Shown: in pieces, positions 1 through 11,161 of the stretch
Position numbering within the stretch: the first letter of the stretch is position 1
Layout of the letters: the number at the start of each line of letters is the position of its first letter
Origin: Azolla caroliniana
Taxonomy: Eukaryota; Plantae; Polypodiophyta
Assembly: GCA_043228905.1 (NCBI GenBank)
Contig: JBHGNT010000007.1
Location: forward strand, 21,886,001-21,950,000
Reading direction: 5' to 3'
Length of the DNA: 64,000 nt
Notes under the pieces: generated by a model
What the model was told of the DNA's origin: nothing
The model's input: the letters and a program-made list of their open reading frames with translations, nothing else
Databases searched by the model: none
Translations under genes and position numbers: made by a program

Positions 1-59
1 TAGAAGATCTTGTTTGTAAACATTGGGACTAATGAAGGATATATTTGTTTCCATATATA

Positions 60-232
60 TCTAACTTGAGAATCCCACATGTGCCGAAAACCAGATTCTT
101 TAGTCTCTTTTTATTTTATTCACTTTTATATTTACTTCTTGTCCTCAAAGACCAGACAACACTTAAGATGTAGTCTCTTGTTTGGCTTTATAGGCCATTT
201 AAGCCTCTTAAAAGACATTAATATATATATAT
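60..232 (+). mobile_element. 5'-truncated LINE 3' end (family B)
   Basis: Shares gagaatc..agattctttagtc..ctcaaaga..cacttaagatgta..ttataggccattt..gcctcttaaaagacattaatat with the copies at 5110-5530 and 6335-6420, and its 5' part with 13355-13440; ends in a (TA)n tail. Confidence 0.6.
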
Positions 233-512
233 ATATTTCTTTCTTTCATAGACATGTGTTTCCAGATTATGTAGCAGATACACAGATTCCATTTTTGCAA
301 GAAATGCTAATAACAGGAGATTCACATCACACAATCTGCTCACATTGTCTGCGCCATTTTATGAATATCTCATGAACAGATGTGTGCTGCCTCATCTAGA
401 GATGAGGTGGAGCACATTGTTGCAACCAAGGGATGTCAGTAAGATATATGGCGTGGCCGCCTTGTGAGAGATTTGGATACCATCATGTATTTGAAACTAG
501 AACAATACTTAC

Positions 513-3500
513 CATGATCACCAGGGGTATTCGTGTCATCAATATCTATTCTTTGAGTTCTCTCATTGTTTGATTGGCATTCAGCTTTCCTTGCTTGATA
601 ATTACAACCTTCATTTCCATTCTGCATTTAACAAGTCTAGATATCAATCATCCCAAGAAGGAATAATAAAAAAATCATCAATTATGTGTACATTAAACCC
701 ATGAAAAAGAGATCAGTATTCCAATTAACCTCAGTAGAAATCAACCCATTATAAGTATCTAGTTGAAAATGGGTTAGAATTTTGGAATCCAATGCTCCTG
801 TCACGGCGATCATACCAACTGGTTTACTGTCAACCTGCCAAAACGTGTTTAAACAAATATGGCAAAAGTAGGGATCAATATAGGATATTAGACATCACTT
901 TAAGTCTCATAAAGCCATATGGCTAAGAAGAATCGTGAAAATATGAGAAAGGCCTACAGGTTCTTCATTTTGATGAATTAGGGCAGCATGCCTACCTATA
1001 CAAAACAACATATTCAATTGTCACCTACTAATCGATAGGGAATACTTAAAAAAGACATCAACCCTACCTAGGCACTTCAATGTTTCTCATGTAAGGTTCT
1101 TGAAGTACACTACCAATTAATTATGTTCATAAAGATGTTCCATAAATTTCTCTATGGAAGCCACCCACATATGCCAAGCTGCCATGCACTACCAATGATT
1201 CCTCATCTCTCGGAGTATTAGATATGGTGAAATAAGGATAATACTGATTGATTGTAACTATGCAGTAAAATAAACTCAAGAGTTAAATTAGAATTTCAAA
1301 TATATCATAGAGTAAATATAATGGTTGATGCAACTGATTACCTCAGATAATGACTAAAAACTGTGAGCTAAGGGACTGATGATACTATATTTTTTTATGG
1401 ACGTCAAATGTAGTGTAACAGTGAGAATATAGACGGCTGACACGATTCTTACACCTTCAATTGCGGTGTAACAGTAAATTCATTAGCTGCTGCCTCCAAA
1501 CTTCCCCTAACTTTGAGAACGAAGGGCTACCTTCCACGTATAGCCTAATCGACATGGCAGACTCCACAATGAATGGTCTCAGCATCACTTCTTCTGTTTA
1601 AATGAGATACTTAATGCTACCTTATATGGAACCCTTTCAAAACTGAACCTTGGTTTGGTGGGTAAATTTCATGGGAGCTGTGTATTTGAGCCAGCTATAG
1701 TTTGTCACTTTGAGAGAAGTTTGAAATATCTCATATACACGGAAATCAAATGAATGCATGTTATATTCTTAGTTAAATCAATAGCTAGCTTCAAAAACCT
1801 AGCTATTCAATTTGCATTCATCTTAGTTTATTATGCTTTGACCTGATGACCATCAAAGGCATAGTTTAATAATCAAATACTAGCATGCATATATATATTC
1901 CGCAAGAAAAATAAGAAATTATATCCTATGAAAATAAATGGAAGAAATCATATAGCCCAATCAGTCAATTGTGCCTACTATTCCTCTCTTGAGAGCGTTT
2001 GCAGGTTCTCAACCAAAGAGTTAGATACATCTGTCTATGTCTGAAGCTGCCTTGAACTTTTGAATATTAATCTTGGATGGTTAGATCTAATGTAGAAATG
2101 AAATGTCTCAGAAGGCCAATGTGACTTGTGTATACATGCAGAAACAACGGTATATTGATGTCTTTTACAAAGCCAAAACGTCCTATGAGGCCGAATGAGA
2201 GATTACCTCCAAGGTTTTAAATAGTAAAACACAAGATTAATGTCATCCAGAAATGGTATACCCCAAGCAGTTATTTCTACAGCTTCTGAACCAAGGAATT
2301 AGAATCATCATTTGATTTCTTAAGTTGTCACAAATTCTATAATATCAAGCTTGAAGACCATAAGGATTACTCTTTCTGGTCTAGTGAACAGAGATTGCAG
2401 AAACTCTTGAATTTCCTGAGTTCACATTCAATGTTGTGAAGTACAGGACCCTGGTGAAAACTACAGAAAGATGTCACCCGAGCAAGAAGCTGCAAGATGA
2501 CTGAATCAATCCTGTAACATTGTCATTGTAATCTCTTCAATGGATTTTTATGATGGCTCATTGTACTAGGCCTGATCATGTTGAGATTGCCCAAACATGG
2601 CAAGCAGATTGTTGAAACACCCGAATGAGGTGTCAGCTGATGAAGCTAAACAATGCCTGGATGAAGCAGTGGTTGTGCAGGAAGAATGGACCATTGGTCA
2701 TCCATCGTGTCTGCAGCAAGGGGCAACAGTGCAACTCGATTATTAGATTCTTTAAAGATTATCAACTGTATACCTTCAAGCTAATCTAAACATACTCTTG
2801 GGACTATTTAAAACTAATTACTTTTCCATCAACTACAGGGGAATCTAAAAATCAACCATCCTTCTAGGACTACAACCTGTAAACTCTACAAAGACCCTAG
2901 ACTTAAAACACATCAATTCAGTCATGACGGCATTCCTGCTCTAGAAGTTGAATAATGAAGAACCTATTATTAAATTTCCAAGCTGGCATTCAATCCTTGC
3001 AGATTGACCTACTTTAACTTTGATTTTCATTCTTCATCCTATTAGTTACAAATCTCCAGATATTGAATGATGTTGCACAGATACAATGCACGTAATAAAT
3101 ACAAATGCAGTGACTCAAAATTTCTGTTTTCCTTCTTAGAGCATTCAAATGTTCAATTTCAAGAAAAACAGATTAACGTTTCCATCCCCTTGTTTGTCAG
3201 CCTTTAAAAATTGCAGATGGGTAGAAAAAATGAAAGAGAAATTGAAGGCTTTGGCCAATCACCTGTAGTAATACTAAGTAGCATTGATTTTCTCCACGCA
3301 TGTTAATATAAAAAAGATATGATGAATACCTCTGCAACAAGGACACGATTGTCCACGTCTTGGGTTGCAATGAGCCGAGCCAAAGAATAAGGATACGCAG
3401 GAATTGCGGAATCAGGAATCTTTGAAAGAAGTGCTCCTTTTCTTTGAGCATTCTCAACAATGGGGCAAAGATCATCATAATCCTCCACAACTGCCAGTCT

Positions 3501-6428
3501 GATATTAAATCTGGGATTAACTGTACTGGTGACCAAAACAAATAAGTACCCTTTAGAACAGTATTCATTTTCTCCCAACAAGTGTACTTTTCCTCAAATC
3601 AGATTAGTTTGCCAGATACTGGTTTCAAATTTTGCTCATGTGTTCTGTTCCTTCAAAGCATAATTGACAGCTGAACAAAAACTATTTGGGACCCCAGCAC
3701 AATATACAAAAATGAAAATATAACTGAAAAACAGTTGAACGCATACTTAAGCATATATTTAATTTAAACAATCATGCAACAAAGCCCAAGAGAACCAGAA
3801 AACAGATTAAAATGTAGTCAAACATAACTAAGACAATAATCTTCCAACAAAATAGAAGTGGGACAAAATGAGATATTTCATATATGGAATTTGATGATAT
3901 GGAGAAATATTTCCAGAAGCATCTTATGAATGTGTAAGGATATATAGCCCACATGGTGAAACAAATGGCCATAATAGTATGACCTTAAAATATAGCCAAA
4001 GAAGGCAGTAGCAGACATATAATCCATGCCAAACATGGAGAACAAATGTCCATAATTGTTTTGACCACAAAAAATACACCCAAGGAGGGAATAGCAAAAC
4101 CTGAAATGGGGAATGCTCCCATATTGAAGGATAGTGCAATGTGTAGCAGATATGGAGTCAAATGCCCATGATAGTCTGAGATTACAAGTGTGAGTAAAAG
4201 AGTGGATGTGAGATAGTTCAGAATCTTTCTTTCAAAGCATGAATTTTGGAGGGCATGATGGATTGTCTATTGTCAAGTATGTCCGCAATAAAAGTATGTC
4301 CATCTTGACATTTTATCTTCCTTGATCTCCGTAGGCAGCAGCAGCTAGCTTAGGTGTTATATGAAGAAGAAGAGGCCATGCACCATCAAATAGCTAGATT
4401 GAATTTCTAACCATAATGGATGTTCCAATTTCAGCAGCAGCTATTGAAATGGTCACTGGGGTCCCCATATATATTGAATCTGCTTCCCTCTTTCTCCGCA
4501 AACTCCTGCAATAAGGCATCCACAGTTTGACCCAGGACCTCAATGAAATCCTGCTTGAAAGGAGTATGGCATCATTCTCATAGTACCTGGGGAAGGCCCA
4601 TAACACTTCTCATGCATCCATATTGACATCAATAGCATCTACATTACCAAACTCAATAATATCAAGCACATTCTACTTACCAATAAATTTTCAGCAAATC
4701 ATTACGAAACCACCTTAAATGCTCCCATCCAAGTGCATCCAATATTTCTGCACCACCACCACTTATGGCATGGGCATATGACTGATCTTGCATCTCAGGC
4801 TGGGAAATGCCTAGTAATTCCATATAATCACTATCAGTATTCTATTTTGTGAGTTTAACACAGTAAAGACCATCACTTGGTCATCTAGGTGAATATCTTC
4901 TTGAGCCATCTCTAACTTAAAAGATAGGTAGCCATGCTCTTAATAGAGGAACAATGAATACTTCCTTTACAGAAAACTATTGTTGTATCACCATCGCAAA
5001 AGAAGTTGATGATCATAAACAAATGAAGTTCACCAGCATGTCCTCGAGGTTACAACCTCTATAGTAGATATTTTCTAGGGTTCTGATCACTGTATAAAGC
5101 TGAAGCTTTAGTTTCTTGGGCTCCCGACTAGGACAAAATAATGGGGTTACAATAGATCAGCCAATAGCAATTTGTCATGCACGTAGGCCCCAACACCATG
5201 GACCACAATCTTACCACCCTTGTCATCGACAGATAAAGGCCATTATCTCCCACCACCGCAGGTTCTTCCCTCGCTTCAGAGACCTCTCCATTCTGGATCA
5301 ACCTAGGCTAGAGACCTTTTGAAGTAAAAAATTATAATATATCTGACTTGAGAATCTTACGTGTACCGATAACAAGATTCTTTAGTCCCTTTTTATCTTA
5401 TTCACTTTTTTTATTTAGTAACATTTATTTATTTTGATGTGTTGTTCTCAAAGATGAGACGACACTTAAGATGTAATATCTTGTTTGGTCTTATAGGCCA
5501 TTTTAGCCTCTTAAAAGACATTAGTATATCTTCCTTTCTCCTTGTTGTAGGTCATTTTACGGTTTCAACTTTCTACTCTCTCAAAAAAAAAATCAATATG
5601 TACACTGATTGTAAAGATGTATTACATAGGGGTCAATGTTCAATTCAACCATGTCTGAAGCTATCCGAGTTTCCCTATCATCTCTCATAATGAAGTCTAA
5701 GCAACCATCAGCTGATTGAATGTGTTTGTATACGTAATTCCAAGAGCATTAGTTAGAAAGAATGAACTACAAAAATTTTACATCAACAAATTTCTATGAC
5801 CTTTGTATGCATGCTGACAAGGAAAGTTGCATTTCTTCTGAAGTACATATCGGCTTTAGTATTTCACTTGTCCCACGCTCGAATGTGCCTGCAAATGTTT
5901 TCAACAATTTAAGGGAAGCAAAACGTTCAAAAGTGCTATGAGTTCTCACTTATAAAGTTATATTGACTGTTTGTTACATGATAACCAACCATTGTTCCTA
6001 ATGTTCGCGTACGTCCAATTTACTGGACGTACACGAACGTTTGCAAACGTACGTGTATGATACGCGATATTCGTTTGGCTTCTTTTTTTGGGGGGGTTTT
6101 TTAATTTTTGATATTCATAATTCTTTGTGAATAGAAGTGACGTCTGACACACACACACACACTCTCTCTCTCTCTCACATGAGAACTGACAAATCTTCTC
6201 TCTCTACAAAATCTAGATATCTAATATACATATTACACACTCCCTCACACACAAAACCCATAGCTCCTCTCTCTCTCTCTCTAGAGTCTAGATATACACT
6301 CAACCACTGTCTTCTCACACATGCAAACAGGATTTGTTCTCAAAGACGAGAAAACATTTAAGATGTAATCTCTTATTCGGTCTTATAGGCCATTTTGGCC
6401 TCTTAAAAGACATTAATATTTCTTTCTT

Positions 6429-6489
<61 letters not shown>

Positions 6490-9400
6490 CTTCCTTTCTG
6501 TTTTCTTCTCTGTATTTGTTGCCGTTGCTCTCTCTCTCTCTCTCTCTCTGTAAATTCACTCCGGCCATCGTTTTCTACGTTCTATAGCTCGTTAGAAAGC
6601 TCTTTCAAAGAGCTTTCTAAAGAATGTTCATTTACTGAATTCCGTTACCGTGGCGAGAAGTTATGAGCATTTTCATCCGCAGCCATCTTTGCCCCACGGT
6701 TCCTCAAACGGAAGGTGGATTTTGAAGCCCTAAATCGAGTGAAAGGTACATTCTCTCTCCTTCCCTCTTTGTCTCTCTTTTCCCGTACGGTTTGTCCCTA
6801 CAATGGCAAATACTCGTAAAACCGCCGCAAAGTTTGGGGGTATGATTGATAATGAGCCGAGATCACCAACAAATCTCGATTCTAATGCAATGGACAAAAT
6901 GCTTATGAGTCACTTGATTTCTCTTCAAGAAACCATAAACAAGCAAGGTGAAGAGATTAGGATGTTAATGAAAGAGAATACTAAGCTCCAAAGTGTTGTC
7001 ATTGAGAATGAAAGTCTTAAACAAGTGGTTGCAAAACTTCAAGAAGAGATTCAAGAATGTAAAAGAGCTTCATTTGAAACAAATGAGCGCCTTAACAAGA
7101 TTGAGTTAAAGGAAGCATTAAAAGAAGAAAAATTGGATACGATGAGGCGGGATGTAAGTGAGATGAAAAATGTATGTACAACGAAGTCATGGGCCGATGT
7201 ATGTGGTGGGGATGTGTTATCAAACTCATCTAATATGCATGTGATGCACCAAGAGAAGAATATAGAAAGCATAGATGTCCGAGAATTGAAAGAACGCGAA
7301 CGACGATCAAAGAACATTGTCGTCCGTGGGATTAAAGAAGAGAGTATGGAAACACCCGCATCCCTTGGAAAGGCCATTGGTGAATTTTTTAGCATGCATT
7401 ATGGGATGTCAGATGTGAATGTATATGGGGCACACCGAGTTGGGAAACATGGTGTTACTCGCTCCGGAGAAAGGCCTATTGTATGCACAATGACAGATGA
7501 TACAAAGTGGCGGATCATACTCGAAAATAGTTGGGTATACCTCAAAGGTACACAATGCTTTGTGAGTGAAGATCGTACTATCTCACAACAAAATGCTCGT
7601 CGTAAAGCATATGAAGAAAGATTGAAAAACAAGGTTAAGGATGTGCCTAAAGATGGAAATGTAGGCAAATAGGGACACGTGATCTATGAGACTAACCCAC
7701 GCCTTTTACGACTATGCTTTTGGAATTGCAATGGATACCCATGGAATGCGGGATTTGGCATAGAGGAGTTCACCAATGACTCGGATATCACACTTCTTGT
7801 TGAAACATGGGAGCATGATACTCAAAGGATTCAAGGTTTAGGAAACTATAATGTACACTCTTTGATATGGAAGAAAAATCCAAGACAAAGAAGAGGACAA
7901 GGAGGGGTGGCATGTTTGATTAAGAAGGAAATAGAGAAATATGTGTCAATCATAAAAAATGATGAAAATAAATGCTACATATGGCTCAAAATAGAAACAC
8001 CTAATGATTTGCCCACTTTTGTTGTTGGATGTTACATTCCTCATCAAGATTCTAACTTTTATGCTTGTTTGGATAAAGATCAACCGTTTGCCAATCTAGA
8101 AGATGATATTGCTTATTTCAAATCCAAAGGGGAAGTTATTGTCTTTGGTGACATGAATGCTCGTACAAGAAGTTTCCAACTTGATTCACAAGAATCTTTC
8201 ATGCCACATATCTCAAGGATGCAAGAGGATATGCAAATGTATAACCGCTCTTCTAGCGATGAAAAAGATCCGGACCAATTTGGGAAGTTACTCCTACAAA
8301 TGTGCAATAGTACCGGATTGCTTATTGCAAATGGTATTTCCTTATGGCCCAACACTAATGGTTTTACATGTAGAAAATACAACGGAAATAGTGTGATTGA
8401 TTATGTGCTACTTTCCGAAGGTATTTTGGATCGTATACATAAATTCTCACTTGGTGAATGGACACCGGAATCAGATCATAGGCCTTTATGTATTGATCTC
8501 AAATGTATGCATAGGTTTGATTGTGAGAAGGCTATTGAAGATAATAAACAACCGCACTTGAGCATGAACCTTAAGCGAGCACCCATGTATTCCAAGATGG
8601 TTGAGGATATGTTACAAATGACAAAGATACAACATGGTGCCACACTAGAATGCAAATGGGAAGCTTTCAAGAAAGTCATTCTCTCATGTACAAACAAATG
8701 TTTTTCGACCAACCGCACATCTTGGAAATGCACCAAGAAACTTAGGAAAAAATGGTTTGATAAAGAATGTCGTGAAGCTCGAAAGTGCCTTATGGTTTTG
8801 GATGTAGTTAAGGATAAAGAGAATTACCAAAAGCATTTGCATGAGTATAAAAGGCTTATTCAAAGAAAGAGAAGAATATGGGAAGTTACTCAACAATTTA
8901 TCCAAACGCAAGAGAAAGCACATGCATGTGCTAAATTTTGGGGAAATCTAAAGGGAAAACGTGTTGAGAGTTATGGTGACTTAACTCTTCACGACTTGTC
9001 TATGCATTGTAAGAATTTATATGAGTTATCTCTTGCCGGAAAGATGATGTGTTATGGTTCTCTTTCACATATGCCTTCCTTCTTTACAATTGAAGATATA
9101 TGCATAGGACTTAAGAAATTGGCCTCTCGAAAGGCAAGCGATCTTCAATGTATAAAGGCTGAAATGCTCAAATGGACGGGAAAGGAAGCACATATATGGA
9201 TAAGCGATATGTTTAATGATGCATTGCAACATGGTATGCCGTACGATTGGACTACAAATTGGATCAAACCTTTACATAAAGGTGGAGATATAAATAATGT
9301 AAACAACTATCGAACCATCATGGTTGGCTCATTAATGGCAAAACTATTTGGATGTATAATGGAATCAAAGATAAGTGTATGGGCTGAAAAAAGTGGTAAG

Positions 9401-11121
9401 AGAGCTTATGGACAAGCTGGCTTTCGGAAACACCATAGCACCATTGATCACCTTATCACCCTTCGAGTATTAATGGAGGAAAGTCGCCTTAGAGGTAAAG
9501 GTTTATATTGTTGCTTTGTAGACTTCAAGAAAGCTTTTGATATGGTACCTCGTGAGCATCTTTGGAGGCGAATGGAAGAACTTGAGGTGCCAAGTGAATA
9601 TATGCTTGCAATTTCCCGAATTTATGAGAAGGTTATATGTTGTGTGCGCATGAAAGATAAACTTTCAGATTTTTTCAAAAGCACTATTGGTGTTAAGCAA
9701 GGATGCCCACTCTCACCAACACTATTTGGTCTATGCATTGATGAATTGGAAGAAATGGTTACCAAGTTTGCAAAGGAAGAATGTGTTGAAGAAGTTGCCA
9801 TTGGGAATGTTGTGATTATGCTTTTGCTATATGCAGATGACGTAGTGCTTTTTGCAAATACTTTAGGAGATGCACAAAAGCTTATGAAGGCATTGGAAAA
9901 ATTTTGCATGCATACTAAATTAAGTGTCAATAGCTCTAAAACAAAGATTATGCTTGTGAAGAGCCAAAAAAGAGATAAACCATGCATTATGTACAACAAT
10001 GAGCCACTTGAATGTGTGGAAAGCTTCAAATATCTTGGCCTTGAAGTTCCTTCAAATCATAGATGGAATGAATGTGCTACACGCCGCTTAGAGGCGGGCA
10101 AACGAGCATACTATGCATTTGAGAACACATGCAATCTTGGAGATATTAAGTGTTGGGTCCTCAAGAAATATCTTTTTGACACTTTGGTGACACCAGTTCT
10201 TCTCTATGGGGTGGAAGTATGGGGCGGTAGCATCCCTAACTCTATGTGGAAAGATTTTGAAAATGTCCAAAAGCATTTTCTTACCAAGTTTCTACAAGTT
10301 AAGAAACAAACGCCCTACACCCTCCTCCTCCTTGAGACGGGATCGCTTCCCATTGAGATCATGGCCATGGAAAGGGTTGTTGAATACATGCTTAAGGTTC
10401 AAAAAAGTCCCTCACATCGACTTCCTAGAATTGCGTGGGAAGCAAGCAAAAAGATCCAAAAGACGCATAAAAGCAAAATTTTGTGTTCCGGTTGGATGCA
10501 AGATATAGAAAAATGGTTTGGTAGATGGGATGCGAGACACTTGCTTCATGATGCATCATTAGATTCCTCTGTAAATGAGGCATTTTTGCAACGCCAATGT
10601 ATCATGACATGGGACAAATGTGGAGGCTCACGCTTCACACATTATACTACACATGTTGCACCTAACTACAAAACCATATTCTTTGCGGAACGGGGAAATC
10701 GTACACATCCATACATGTTAGAGCCCATACCGTTATCTGCCATTCGAACCATTGCTTCCATGCGACTTAGCTCACATGCATTGCGATGTGAAACAGGGCG
10801 TTGGGGTACAAGTGATGAGAGTGGTCGGCTATGCACACTTTGCCCTAAACAAGTTCGCGAGTCTGAGTATCACACTTTGATACAATGCTCTGCCTTTGAT
10901 CATATTCGACCATGCTTTCCACATCTCTTCGATCGAGCCCAATCTTTGCATGAATTCCTCTCACAACCACAATGTGCACTCTCGATTGCAACATTCATTG
11001 GTAAAGTTCTTGAACATCGAGAGTCACTACTCACTTTCACACGTATCACGTGAAATGTAACATTTTTGGTCTCATAGGTCATATTTGATCTCCGAAGACG
11101 ATAATATAATCTATCTATCTA

Positions 11122-11161
<40 letters not shown>

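Larger units (their letters stand above)
6487..11127 (+). mobile_element. Full-length, apparently intact non-LTR retrotransposon (LINE, RTEX-like; family A)
   Basis: Two long uninterrupted ORFs; a short 3' UTR with a stem-loop and (ATCT)n tail; flanked by (CT)n on both sides. The 5' boundary is approximate. Confidence 0.92.

Noticed and set aside
250-400. Possible next CFAP61 exon
   Set aside because: The best-looking acceptor leads to an in-frame TGA within 9 codons, and alternatives give no recognisable motif; left uncalled.
2400-2750. Possible decayed DNA-transposon coding fragment
   Set aside because: Only a vague resemblance, with many stops and no termini.
4200-4900. Coding-like minus-strand stretch in a CFAP61 intron
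   Set aside because: The flanking exons already join in phase without it; it contains stops and I cannot assign a family.
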